Below are positions 24,821 to 38,071 of a stretch of 64,000 nucleotides of DNA, piece by piece; position 1 is the first letter of the stretch, and every line of letters begins with the position of its first letter. Source of the DNA: Macrostomum lignano (Eukaryota). The notes below the pieces were generated by a model. It was not told the origin of the DNA. It ran no database searches and saw only the letters and a program-made list of their open reading frames with translations. The translations under genes were made by a program, and so were the position numbers. The stretch covers positions 134,587 through 198,586 of the forward strand of contig NIVC01000985.1 of assembly GCA_002269645.1 (NCBI GenBank), given 5' to 3'.

Positions 24821-25239
24821 TAGCTACCAACCAATCGACCTCACTCACCTACTACTAGCTCGTATCAAACCTCTCCAGAAAAGTGCAGCCACCCGTAGAG
24901 CCGCAAGAAAGAATGGTTGAGTAAAATGGAATCAAAGCTTTACTAGGAGCAGGGAGTGAAGGCTGATAAAAAGCACTCACTTGAATAGAAGAGGAACTAA
25001 AACTTGAAAGTCAATACTAAATACATGGGACACTTCATAATGTTGCTTTCTGGGAATGTCAGCGGCAGCGCCCACTTTTCAATCGATTGGCAAACTATTC
25101 GGCTCTCTGGCTCTTAGCCGCAGTCTGTTGGATCATTCTGCTCAAATTATACAATTCCTGAAGCACCCCCACCCTCGGCAGGCTACTGCTCGTCTTGGGT
25201 TTCTTAAGTTTGAACTCAAATCAATCGGGTCCGCAAGAT

Positions 25240-25824
25240 AAGAAGACAAACACGAACTGTCAATAAGAAACCTGAGTCGGCGCTCGATTCTGCCTGTGAA
25301 GTGTGAACTGTCTCTGCTGCAGGTTTGGACGATTTGCGCGAAAATTGATCAACCCGCTGCCCCTCTCGCAGGCTCAGAAACGTCTTTCTGAACCAAAATC
25401 GGAAGGAACCAAAATCCTCGTCATGACCTTTGCCGGCCATGGCTACCTCGCCTGGCACTGCTTCCTCCAAGGCGACTTTGAGAGTGAACTTTGCCCTTTT
25501 TGCGAGTACGACAATGAAGATGCTCAGCACTTTGTTTGTCACTGTCCTTTCTTCACCAGAGACCGGCTGTGTTACCTCGGGCCGAACCCGTCCATTTACG
25601 AGGTCTGCCAGCCCGAAAGCATCCCACGGCTCATCCAGCTCCTCCGGGCGACAAGACGAGCCACTTTCTTCTCAACGGAAGATCACGCTGCAGGACGGAC
25701 CGGCGGACCACCCTGACCAGCCCCACGCCTCTGCCTGTCTGCAGGCTTTCAGGGGCTAGCGGAGTGGGCGACCCTCGCCTCCCCGCTGTATCTACGGACC
25801 ACCCTGCAGCTAAGTCAAAAGTAA
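25240..25824 (+). mobile_element. 5'-truncated 3' end of an I-group/LOA-like LINE (diverged relative of the element at 59920-64000)
   Basis: AGHGYLAWHCFLQG..ELCPFC..DNEDAQHFVCHCPFFTRDRL..LGPNP...VCQPESIP aligns with SGHGCFSRHRFLQG..ERCPFC..GSENAENFICHCPVFTRARL..LEPNP...VCRPESIP. The 3' UTR motif and CTAAGTCAA end are shared. Confidence 0.9.
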
Positions 25825-26974
25825 CACCCGCTGCATTTTAGAGACGTTCATCAGTGAGTTCCTATTTAACAAGCCTGCATGGCAGCATAGTGTCGCAAGC
25901 CTGTCAATGTCAAATGCCTCGTTATCTAGTTAGACGCTGGCCTATTGAAAAAAAACAATAAAAACATTTAACCAACCACTTTTGAACTCACTCCGTTGAG
26001 TTGTCGGCCATGCTTTCCAGTGCAAAAAATTATTAGAAATGCAGCTTCAGAGAGGCAGAGGCCTGTTTGTGAACTTTCGGTTCAATATGTTAAGGAAATC
26101 CGAGTGGCAAAGGCTGGCCAGGGTCTCGTCCCGCCCTGCTTTGTATTGCCCATCCGACTGGTCAAAACTTCTCCCATTGGGCGAGCCGGGCAGCCAGTCA
26201 GATCGAAAGAGGAAAGATCGACAAATTTATCTGCTTTGTCGTTAGTTGCAGGAGATTTCTACGGACTTAGCTTTAGGTACAGATGTGACGTTGCGGATAT
26301 CTTAGACTTAAGCAGCATGCTATGCCTTTTCAAAGGACTTTTGACGGAGGTAATTAAAAAACTTTGGCAACCTCCTTAACCACTGTACATAATTCTCCCA
26401 ACCGCAATGTTCATAGCAGCTATTCCATTGTCTGAATATCCTTGAAGAGTCTGGCTGAAATGCATAATTTAGATCTCTTAGATGACGCTCTCCTTCCGAA
26501 ATGGTAAGCTTGAGAGAAACTTAATTCGAATAAGCAATCGATCAAGTCGCTTTAATCGATTGATATGGCGTCGAATTTCTTTGAATATTTCCACGGATAA
26601 ACTTTAAGTTTTGAGCTGTTCCTAAATTAAAGTTACCGAAGAATTTATGGGTCGGAGAATATACTCGTAGCTCGAATTGGAAGTCGTCTTTTTCGAGAGC
26701 TTTCAATTCATCATCCATGTCGTGGACTTCTAGCAGTGGCTAATTTAAAAAATCCACGTTGCACGCGCGAGTTATTAGTATCAATGTATAAATTTAAGTA
26801 CCACCGAGAAACTAAATTCATCCAATGCTTATACTTTTTAAAAAGTTCTGATTTATTGCTGTGATATCTTGAAGGAATGCACAAGTGCGATTTTGAATCC
26901 AGAATTAGTAACTTATTATCTTAAGCAAAAAATCTCATCAATCAATGAGGTGATAAGGCATACAAAATGGCGTT

Positions 26975-28121
26975 TGTGTCTATGTTTTTGGAGTCAGACA
27001 GTGAGGGCAGCTTGTGTCTATGGTGCTTGAGTCAGACAGTGAGGGCAGATTGTGTCTATGGTGCTTGAGTCAGACAGTGAGGGCAGATTGTGTCTATGGT
27101 GCTTGAGTCAGACAGTGAGGGCAGATTGTGTCTATGGTGCTTGAGTCAGACAGTGAGGGAAGATTGTGTCTATGGTGCTTGAGTCAGACAGTGAGGGCAG
27201 ATTGTGTCTATGGTGCTTGAGTCAGACAGTGATGGCAGATTGTGTCTATGGTGCTTGAATCAGACAGTGAGTGCAGATTGTGTCTATGGTGCTTGAGTCA
27301 GACAGTGATGGCAGATTGTGTCTATGGTGCTTGAGTCAGACAGTGAGGGCAGATTGTGTCTATGGTGCTTGAGTCAGACAGTGATGGCAGATTGTGTCTA
27401 TGGTGCTTGAGTCAGACAGTGAGGGCAGATTGTGTCTATGGTGCTTGAGTCAGACAGTGATGGCAGATTGTGTCTATGATGCTTGAGTCAGACAGTGATG
27501 GCAGATTGTGTCTATGGTGCTTGAGTCAGACAGTGATGGCAGATTGTGTCTATGGTGCTTGAGTCAGACAGTGAGGGCAGATTGTGTCTATGATGCTTGA
27601 GTCAGACAGTGATGGCAGATTGTGTCTATGGTGCTTGAGTCAGACAGTGAGGGCAGATTGTGTCTATGGTGCTTGAGTCAGACAGTGAGGGCAGATTGTG
27701 TCTATGATGCTTGAGTCAGACAGTGATGGCAGATTGTGTCTATGGTGCTTGAGTCAGACAGTGAGGGCAGATTGTGTCTATGATGCTTGAGTCAGACAGT
27801 GATGGCAGATTGTGTCTATGATGCTTGAGTCAGACAGTGAGGGCAGATTGTGTCTATGATGCTTGAGTCAGACAGTGAGGGCAGATTGTGTCTATGGTGC
27901 TTGAGTCAGACAGTGAGGGCAGATTGTGTCTATGATGCTTGAGTCAGACAGTGATGGCAGATTGTGTCTATGGTGCTTGAGTCAGACAGTGATGGCAGAT
28001 TGTGTCTATGGTGCTTGAGTCAGACAGTGAGGGCAGATTGTGTCTATGATGCTTGAGTCAGACAGTGATGGCAGATTGTGTCTATGGTGCTTGAGTCAGA
28101 CAGTGATGGCAGATTGTGTCT
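26975..28121. repeat. Minisatellite, 38-bp unit TGTGTCTATG(G/A)TGCTTGAGTCAGACAGTGA(G/T)GGCAGAT, about 30 copies
   Basis: Direct reading. Confidence 0.97.
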
Positions 28122-28573
28122 AATGTCTAAGAAAAAATGAATCATTGTCTATGATGAGACCATATGCACAATCACATTGTCTTATGGCTACATTTTAGTC
28201 GCTTAAATATTGATTTCAAAGCGGGGACTGTTAGCGTATCAATGACCACCGCTCAATAGTAGGCCATAAACATTTAAACAGATTATTAGTCACACGACAA
28301 TAGCCTTTATTCAGTGCAAGTGCACTGAGTCCACGATTACTGCGTTTATTATTGAGAAGCTTTGCGATTTCACCTGCCTGTCTTGAGCCTAAAAACCGTT
28401 GAATGTCACAACTAAGCTCAGCTAAATTTTTGTACTTTATTTAGCTTAATTAATGGTCATGGTCAAAATGGCAAAACAGCTTCTAAAAATGATTTTAGAC
28501 TCAAGCCTCAAGACTTGAGACTCAAGGTAACTGCGCATAATTTCTCATTTCTGCCACGTTTTAGAGTGACAGC

Positions 28574-29423
28574 TGTTTTACAGATGCGTTGCAGATGTGT
28601 TGCAGATGTGTTGCAGATGTGTTGCAGATGTGTTGCAGATGTGTTGCAGATGTGTTGCAGATGTGTTGCAGATGTGTTGCAGATGTGTTGCAGATGTGTT
28701 GCAGATGTGTTGCAGATGTGTTGCAGATGTGTTGCAGATGTGTTGCAGATGTGTTGCAGATGTGTTGCAGATGTGTTGCAGATGTGTTGCAGATGTGTTG
28801 CAGATGTGTTGCAGATGTGTTGCAGATGTGTTGCAGATGTGTTGCAGATGTGTTGCAGATGTGTTGCAGATGTGTTGCAGATGTGTTGCAGATGTGTTGC
28901 AGATGTGTTGCAGATGTGTTGCAGATGTGTTGCAGATGTGTTGCAGATGTGTTGCAGATGTGTTGCAGATGTGTTGCAGATGTGTTGCAGATGTGTTGCA
29001 GATGTGTTGCAGATGTGTTGCAGATGTGTTACAGATGTGTTGTAGATGTGTTGCAGATGTGTTGCAGATGTGTTGCAGATGTGTTGCAGATGTGTTGCAG
29101 ATGTGTTGCAGATGTGTTACAGATGTGTTGTAGATGTGTTGCAGATGTGTTGCAGATGTTTTGCAGATGTGTTGCAGATGTGTTGCAGATGTGTTGCAGA
29201 TGTGTTGCAGCTGTGTTGCAGATGTGTTGCAGATGTGTTGCAGATGTGTTGCAGATGTGTTACAGATGTGTTGTAGATGTGTTGCAGATGTGTTGCAGAT
29301 GTGTTGCAGATGTGTTGCAGTTGTGTTGCAGATGTGTTGCAGCTGTGTTGCAGATGTGTTGCAGATGTGTTGCAGCTGTGTTGCAGATGTGTTGCAGATG
29401 TGTTGCAGATGTGTTGCAACTGC
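28574..29423. repeat. Minisatellite, 11-bp unit TGTTGCAGATG, about 77 copies
   Basis: Direct reading. The MCCRCVADVLQ and ATHLQHICNTS ORFs are artefacts. Confidence 0.97.
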
Positions 29424-29999
29424 GTTGAAAAGTGTTAAAAATTCTCGACACATCAAAAAGCCTCGCAGCCAGAACCCCGGATCCCCCAGAAAGTGCATAA
29501 GTAGACAGCCAGCTCTTCAAATTTGGCAATTGATTTTTTGAAAAAGTCTCTACAAGCCAAATCTAACAGCAAGAGCTGGCAGTCCTCAAATGTGATTCTG
29601 GGATCCGTCTGCACGCCAGGCCACAGTCAGTCATGCAGCCGATCCTAGAGATACTCACACAGCACGCTAGCTGAAAATTTCTAACATTTTTATAACAGCT
29701 GTAGCTTTTAGAAATAATTCCCATTAATGCTATCATAAAACTTCCCATAAATATTAACATCGCTGTAAAGTTGGTAAACGCTTATTCAAGAAGCCCAAAA
29801 ATGATTGGAAATAAACAAGTTCTCAATGAGTTCATATTTAATTTTGATTGAATAAAGAAATTTCGTCAGCATACTACTGCGAGTAAAACCACAGGGGTCG
29901 ACTTACTGTGACAAAATAAATAGAGTACACTCTAGGAAATTTACAAATGCGGGAAATACTTCATAAAACATACTGCAAAAGACAGGTGGTGATGCGGAT

Positions 30000-30645
30000 A
30001 GATATTCTGATAGCTCTGGAGGTGGATAGATGTCCTGGTAGTTCTGGAGGTGGATAGATGTCCTGGTAGCTCTGGAGGTGGATAGATGTCCTGGTAGCTC
30101 TGGAGGTGGATAGATGTCCTGGTAGCTCTGGAGGTGGATAGATGTCCTGGTAGCTCTGGAGGTGGATAGATACCCTGGTAGACAGATATCCAGATAGCTC
30201 TGGAGGTGGATAGATACCCTGGTAGATAGATATCCTGATAGCTCTGGAGGTGGATAGATACCCTGGTAGACAGATATCCAGATAGCTCTGGAGGTGGATA
30301 GATACCCTGGTAGATAGATATCCAGATAGCTCTGGAGGTGGATAGATACCCTGGTAGACAGATATCCAGATAGCTCTGGAGGTGGATAGATACCCTGGTA
30401 GACAGATATCCAGATAGCTCTGGAGGTGGATAGATACCCTGGTAGACAGATATCCAGATAGCTCTGGAGGTGGATAGATACCCTGGTAGACAGATATCCA
30501 GATAGCTCTGGAGGTGGATAGATACCCTGGTAGACAGATATCCAGATAGCTCTGGAGGTGGATAGATACCCTGGTAGACAGATATCCAGATAGCTCTGGA
30601 GGTGGATAGATACCCTGGTAGATAGACATCCTGGTAGCTCTGGAG
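30000..30645. repeat. Compound minisatellite: 28-bp units (left) and 44-bp units (right) sharing TAGCTCTGGAGGTGGATAGAT
   Basis: Direct reading. The 44-mer is the 28-mer plus about 16 bp (TAGACAGATATCCAGA). Confidence 0.93.
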
Positions 30646-31106
30646 TATCGATGAAAATTGAAGTCAATGTTTGCGGGACAGAAAATATTTAATTTTATTA
30701 AAACCTAGCGATAGATGAAGATCTTTTTAACCGTTGACAGGTAAGCTTGATAAATATTCAGTGATCAGTTTTACACTGGGAGCAATGCTTTCATCAACTT
30801 TTACTTTTAGAATGTCTGTTCTAGCTCGTACAAACTGAGTCGCTGCCGTATTTGCATAATTCGAGCCTGTGCGCTTACTCAATTACTAGTAGTAATGCCG
30901 TTATACGTGCAGCTATTGAATTTTGCGTCTCAATATCATGTGCCACCATCCCCAGCAAGACCCGCGCTGATTGGACAGCTGGGCCCAGTCAATGGCGATG
31001 GAACTGGCGTCATGAAAGCTGTGGCTGCTTTTTTATTTTTCCATTTAGCCTCTGTAGAGAGCCTCAGTGTTGCAGAGCGCCGCAGACATCAGCAAAAGCA
31101 GAAACC

Positions 31107-31837
31107 ATGTCCGAAAATCAGGAAGTCAGCACCGTGCTGCCGATGCCAGTGCTGAGCTCCGTGCCCGTGGAGAAATGGCTGGCCGTACCGCTGATGAGCA
31201 TCGTCATCCTGCTGACTGTGGTCGGCAATATCCTTGTCATCCTCGCCGTGTTCACCTACCGGGAGCTCCGGCAGGCGCAGAACTTTCTCATCGTTAGCTT
31301 GGCTTGCGCCGACATGGCGGTTGGCCTCCTGGTGCTGCCGCTGCAGGTCAAAGTCTACCTGACCAACGACGTCTGGCTACTGCCGGACATTGTGTGCACC
31401 GTGTTCACCACTTCGGACATTTTCTTCTGCACGGCCAGCATCTTGAACCTCGCGGCCATCGCTGTGGATCGCTACTGCGCCATCAAGTATCCGATTCTGT
31501 ACGCCAGCAAGCGGACGATGACCACCGTGCTGATTATGATTGCCGCCGTCTTCGGCCTCAGCGGCGCCATCAGCGTCGGGCCGTGCTGAGCTGGGGCTCA
31601 GCCAGAGGCTCAGGTGTTCCTAACGGCACCGACTCTGTCGATCGCTGCCAGCTTCCCAACGACAAAGGCTACATCGTGTTCAGCGCTCTTGGCAGCTTCT
31701 ATATCCCCGCTGTGATCATCGTGTCGCTGTACATCAGCATCTTTTTTGCTCTCCGACGTCGGCTCAAAAAGCGAGCGGCCGCGTCAGCGGCTGGGCGACT
31801 CACCCGGCTGCCGTCGGCTCACAACGCGCCGAATCCG
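31107..31837 (+). CDS. Tyramine/octopamine-type biogenic amine GPCR, exon 1 (TM1-TM5); 1-bp frameshift near 31580
   Basis: AACC-ATG at 31107. VGNILVILAV, QNFLIVSLACAD, TM3 Asp in SDIFFCTASILNLAAIAVDRY. After adding one C: GPVLSW...CQL..DKGYIVFSALGSFYIP. Phase-0 donor CCG|GTGAGT at 31838. Confidence 0.9.
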
Positions 31838-31896
31838 GTGAGTTCAAATGATTTTTACCGGACTTTGACAACATAAGAGAAAGTCGAAAATAAAGT

Positions 31897-32470
31897 ATGA
31901 CACAAATTGTAGCTAGTCTAACACAAATTGTAGCTAGTCTGACGCAAATTGTAGCTAATCTGACACAAATTGTAGCTAATCTGACACAAATTGTAGCTAG
32001 TCTGACGCAAATTGTAGCTAATCTGACACAAATTGTAGCTAGTCTAACACAAATTGTAGCTAATCTGACACAAATTGTAGCTAGTCTGAGACTAACTGTA
32101 GCTAATCTGACACAAATTGTAGCTAGTCTGACACAAACTGTAGCTAATCTGACACAAATTGTAGCTAGTCTGAGACTAACTGTAGCTAATCTGACACAAA
32201 CTGTAGCTAATCTGACACAAACTGTAGCTAATCTGACACAAATTGTAGCTAGTCTGAGACTAACTGTAGCTAATCTGACACAAACTGTAGCTAATCTGAC
32301 ACAAACTGTAGCTAATCTGACACAAATTGTAGCTAGTCTGAGACTAACTGTAGCTAATCTGACACAAACTGTAGCTAATCTGACACAAATTGTAGCTAGT
32401 CTGACGCAAATTGTAGCTAGCCTGACCTAGGAGACAGACAAACTGACGCAGACTGTAGCCAGTCTGACGC
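31897..32470. repeat. Minisatellite, 21-bp unit CTGACACAAA(T/C)TGTAGCTA(A/G)T, about 27 copies, intronic
   Basis: Direct reading. In-frame unit produces the spurious LTQIVAN ORF 31897-32430. Confidence 0.95.
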
Positions 32471-34199
32471 TAGTTTAAATTAGTCTGACAAAGACCTAGC
32501 CCGATACAAATGCATGGCTAAAAAAAGCTTTTTCTTGAGTGCTAGAGTCTGGTTAACAGTGGATAGGCAACCATAACCATCCTCTGTTGTTTTCATACCC
32601 TCTAATTTCTCTGTCTCAAATTCCCTAAAACGAGAAGATAGGACGCGATGGAACGCGGTATGCAATAAGAGCTATCCGAAATCAATGTCGCTAGAACTCC
32701 ATGAGCAGCGAGTAGGGATCTGCCTATCCTAGTCTTTCCTCTCATAAGCGAAGCTTGAAGTGGCGTCTTGCACTGCTACTTCGTTGAGCTGTACTGTAAA
32801 TATACAGCGAAGGTTGCCTGAAGGCGAGCTTATCAAAGCGTCTTTAATACAAGCCTAGCCAACATGACGAAGGCCCAGACTCACAGTCGCATCAGCTCAC
32901 TGCGCTCTCTATTTTTCTGCTTTTCTAAGTTACTAAAGCATTCAGAGTACTCTTGAGGTTGAACACTCAACGGGGTTTTTCTCTAGAAACAATCGCTCCA
33001 AAAATACGTAGACATCGGCTTTTTCGCATGGAGTAAGCGCACTCTACCGTTTTTAGCGCGCGGGTTCGGGGTAAGTGAGGATAGGAATAGGAATTAGGCT
33101 TGAGGATAGGTTTAGTGTAGTGGACTAGCTCTAAGCCCCTCATCGGGGTTGAACAGCAGAAAATAGAATTTTTTGCTTCCGTGCTATGTATATTTTCACA
33201 ACTCACTGGGCGTAAAATGAGTAGTACGAGTACTTGCTTATTTACACTGCTCTTTATAACCTGTTTGTTTTGCTCGGGATGCCTAATATTTGTTTAACTT
33301 GGCGAGTTTCTAGAAGCCTTGCATCGAAAGTTGAGTCTCCGGTCAGTGGGAATTGATTCAGCAAGTCGTGCAACAGCGAAGTTTTTATCTGAGCTAAAAA
33401 AATAGATCAGCGCTTTGAGAAGGCTGCGACGTATGTTTATCCGGGAGCTTCATCAACACTGGCATCTCACACAGCAGTCACTTCTGCTGTGTCCGCGCCT
33501 GTCCTGCGAGGAAGATTAGCGGAGGTCAGCGGAAGGCTGCCAAGGCTGCTTCGAAAGCCGATTATATCTCAATCTCGCGCGGATGACAGGAAATATTTCA
33601 CCCCAGGCCTATAAAGAGAAAAAACACATTTTCCCTCAGGGCGTTGGCGATAGTAGAGGCCGTGGCTCGGGTATTGAAGGCGTTTTATTTTGTTGGATAA
33701 TTAGCTGCGGCAAAGGCGAACGGATGGCGATCCGAGCTTTGTACCTCTATCCCACCCTGGAAGCCAGGACGAGCTAAAACTGTAGAGAAGAGGGCAAAAG
33801 CCGAGTTTTCACTTTTTTGGATGAAGCAAAAATCTGATAAGCTCGTCAGCTCATCTTTTAGTAACTACCGCGTATTTCCTTAATTTTGTTGTCCCCGCAG
33901 GACTAGCGTTAATTGGGGGGGAGTCCATCGTGCCACTCCAGAAAGATGAAGATTTTTTAGCCATTAGAACACTGACTTCAGTAAAAATCTACCTTATTAG
34001 GTAAAATCCTGGCTTTTTATTGTTACCAGGCGGTCAAATCAAAGCCCAAAAAATCTATGTGGATTTATGGGCTTACAGGAATGTATTTCAACCATGCATT
34101 AATTTTGGTGTTGATTTTTACTATTTCTTGCGAGAAAGATACGTACCAATGATAACTAGGCTGGAACACTGAAATTCGAGAGGCCATAACAAGATGACT

Positions 34200-34755
34200 C
34201 TCTCAGCATTCGTCCCACTTCTCATCTCTCTCAACACTTACCTCACCCCACTCCCCGTCTATCTCAGCACCCACCCCCATTCCCTGTCTCTCTCAGCACC
34301 CACCACTCTCCCTGTCTCTCTCAGCACCCACCACTCTCCCTGTCTCTCTCAGCACCCACCCCACTCCCTGTCTCTCTCAGCACCCACCACTCTTCCCGTC
34401 TCTCTCAGCACCCACTTCACTCCCTGTCTCTCTCAGCACCCACCCCCACTCCCTGTCTCTCTCAGCACCCACCCCACTCCCTATCTCTCTCAGCACCCAC
34501 CCCCACTCCCTGTCTCTCTCAGGACCCACCCCACTCCCTGTCTCTCTCAGCACCCACCCCACTCCCTGTCTCTCTCAGCACCCACCCCACTCCCTGTCTC
34601 TCTCAGCACCCACCCACTCCCTGTCTCTCTCAGCACCCACCCCACTCCCTGTCTCTCTCAGCACCCACCCACTCCCTGTCTCTCTCAGCACCCACCCCAC
34701 TCCCTGTCTCTCTCAGCACCCACCCCACTCCCTGTCTCTCTCAGCACCCACCCCG
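34200..34755. repeat. Pyrimidine-rich minisatellite, about 28-bp unit CACCCACCCCACTCCCTGTCTCTCTCAG
   Basis: Direct reading. Confidence 0.93.
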
Positions 34756-37700
34756 CTCCTCATTTTTCCAAGGCACACCCAATCAACTCTAATCCCAGAA
34801 AAAGTGTTTCAAGTGCTTTTGCTAGAATTCCTTAGAAGGAAGAGAGCATCGGAGCTTAACGCTAATCCGATAATTTTCAGGAACGGGAATAGAGCTCAAT
34901 TAGTAGTGTTCTCGCTATCATTTTTGCGACAAAGCCCAGAAAAGTACAGAGCAGCTCTATTTTCAAGCCCACCTATTCCAAAGCCCTTGCACTTTTTATC
35001 GACAATCGCCTCGAGCTGGTTGAAAAATAGCTAGCTAATAGAACAACAAATCAGGATAAATCTGGGCGAAAAGTCAGGTTGAGCAGACAACTATGAGTCG
35101 TCCCAAACATCGCTCTCTCTTGATTCACAAAAATCCATTTATTATTATTCCATTTAGATAGGAAAGTGAGATTGTTCGGCAGCATCCGCTAGCAGGAGCT
35201 GTGCTGCTTACCTTCATTAGATGGCCGAAATTTCAGTCCAGAAAAGATTGAATCGCTGCAAACTTACAGTCGCCATATTGAACTATAATTATTTCCTAGG
35301 CTAGGCTGGAGAATTTAAGTTAGGCTCACTATTAGGCATCCTTAAGGAAAATCTTAGTTGATGGCAAGAACTTTTAAACAAAAGTTTCGTAAACATAAAA
35401 AACTCTTAATGGTAAATCAATGCAGACGTCAATTTTAGGACTAAAGAGATCCTGCCGTGTCCTTCATTGTTATTTTACTGGTTTTCTAAGAGTTATTTAT
35501 TTACGGACTTTCATAACACTTGCAGTACTCAATGTTTGTGGAATATTTATAACTTTTATATTAATTTTTAGGCCGATGTCAAATTCAGGGCTGCTGTAGC
35601 ACACCCGTGTGTCCGTGTGCTCAATAGCGCTAAACATATCATTAACAGTAAAAATTTCTAATGCGAATTTGTTAATAAGTTAATCAAAAATGTCTCAACT
35701 CAAGTCTGTTAACGTTACTAAAAAAATCTTTAACGCTTTTTAACGGTCTGTTGCCCAGCACTTGCTAGACTCAGCCGCATCGAGGAAATCTTCCATAAGT
35801 GCGGAAAAGTTACCTGAAATTACGTCTTAGTCAACCGCTAACTTGTATTCTTGTATCGAAGTGGGGCGCAATGACACTTGAAAAAAACCGGGTGGGAGAA
35901 GAACCTTGATTTGCTAGAGTCGACCAGGCAGTCCTGAAATCCCAAGAAGCTGTTCACCCCGCCTGGCCACCCGCGGTAAGTGTCTACAGCCGCTCCGGCC
36001 ATCGATCTGATGAGTGCAAATCGAGCACAAAACCGTTTGCCCGAAAGAAGAATTTTCAGCTTGCTCTTGTCCTCGTCTTTTTGCGCTTGAATGCTTTGAC
36101 TTGACCTGACTTGGCTACATAGTTCGAAGTTCGTTGACTGGATAGCGAGTCGAGCTGACAGCCTCATAAAAACTTTTTACGCCTTTTTGAAGCACTTTCT
36201 GCAAGTAGGAAGAAATATATTAGCATTTGAATCGGGTGCTCCACCCGGTTTCTTCAGCAAGAAACTCCAGAATCGACTGCCTCCAAGCGTTCAGCTAAAA
36301 GGACAGTCAAGTCAGTATAGCCGGAAGATTTTAAAGAAGAGATTACGCTAACGAAGACCCCATAGCCTCAAAGGGTGATGCGAATGATAACTAGAATAAT
36401 TTTCCTCTGCTCAGTCAGTTGCTCGGTTAATTTAAGTACCGGAAGCGTTCTCTGAGAACCCTTTGAACAAACTTCCTCTAACACAAGGGCGGAAGTTTTC
36501 AAGGAAGGAGAGGCCGCTTGAGAAGAGAGTACGGTGCGAAAAAGTCAGCGGGAAACTGGCCTTCCCCCAATGGAAAATTAATGCAAGAGCATAGGAGAGG
36601 AACTCGCCGGCTCTCAACGAATAGGATTAGTGTGCCGCTGGGTCTAGTGGGGAATCACAGCCCTGCAAAGTGGCCGGGAGGCAGGGCGGGGTTTAACAAA
36701 CGCAATTTTTTATCGCACACGAACAACTTATAGGGCAGACCAGCAGGAGTACTAGACTGGGAGGGAGAGCTGCGGAGCAACTACTTTGCTTCTATATAGG
36801 ACTCAAGCACTGTCTGCTCCCAGTGCCAGTATGCCCCCCTGATCCTCGGCTCCGACGCCAACCACCCCGTGGAATCTCGAACCCAAAGCAAGTCGGGGCA
36901 TAGAATGAAAAGGCGCGGGGGTCGGCGAATCAAGCGGGCTTCCTGCGTCCGTTTTTTTCCCCCTGAAGCGAAGCGAGCGAGGGGGCGCTTGAGAAGATGG
37001 TGAGAAATGGGAGTCTGCAGCTTCCTTCCTATCTTCAACTATGCCGCCCTCTCCAGCCTGCGTCAAGCTTTTCTCCCTATCTATCCGGGGTGGAGCCAGT
37101 TAATTGGATGAGGACACACGCCTCGCTCACTCTCTTCTCTGGCTCCTCTGCTTGCCTCCTCCTCCGCCCATCTCCCCCCTTTTTTCCGCCCGGTCTCTTG
37201 TCTCTCTCTCTCATCCTTCTATTAGCGGCACTGAATGCTTCGTCGAGGCTCTTCAGCAGCCGTCGAGAGCGGCCGGCAGGGCGCCTCCACCTCCGGTCGG
37301 ACATTTATAAGGCCGCCCACTCTTTTTCCTCCTCCTTGTGCTCCAAGCACACTTGGCGGTAGATGAGGTCTGAAGTACGTGGCGCTGCTTCTGCAAAATG
37401 CGGAAGCCAAAATCACGGCTCCCGAGGTAGTTTCGAGTCTTTAATTTTTAATCTTCATTTACTTAAAATGAAGACACCAGCTTTGCTACTCACCTGTGTC
37501 TCAGAAAGCTTTTCTCAATAATTTATGCTTGACAAGAAAAATGTGCATCCAAAATTCATACCGCGTATCCAATTCTATCTATAGAGTCAGCACAAGTATC
37601 TTTGTAATAAAATTGGTGCATGCAGGTACTCTTAGATTGGCTTTAAGCTAGGCCTAAGCTTAAAAAATGATATTGACAAGCATTGTCTACATTTAATTAT

Positions 37701-38071
37701 TTAAAAAGGTCTAGGAATAGCTACTAATATGCATTTAAATGAAACTATTGCTGACAATAGCGGCTTAGGAGTGCCTGTATGCAGGTTTTTTAAAGCAAAT
37801 ATACTTTATTCAAGAAGAAGCAGAACAGATATTTCACTTTTGAGCATTTAAAAAATTTCGGCTGGGCTTATGAAATGAAAAGAAAACCATATGAAAATGA
37901 AACTTTCTACATTAAATACAACAGAGTAACATGTTGTATGTGCTAAATTAAGAGAATGGTAATTTTCACTGCCCCAGATCAAATGCAATCATTGATTTTG
38001 GGATGAAACAAAAATTTTTCTTGTCTCCGCCACAAAAAATATACGATTTTTTTTGTTTTACATTCTTTTAT

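Noticed and set aside
35980-36050. Hammerhead-like CTGATGA-GTGC(loop)GCAC-AAAAC with a possible GUA site upstream
   Set aside because: The invariant GAAA is AAAA and stem I does not pair; not a credible ribozyme.
35760-36170. Possible hAT/DUF4371 relic (KILLSGKRFCAR; GNFSALM)
   Set aside because: The motifs lie in different frames and their spacing is off.
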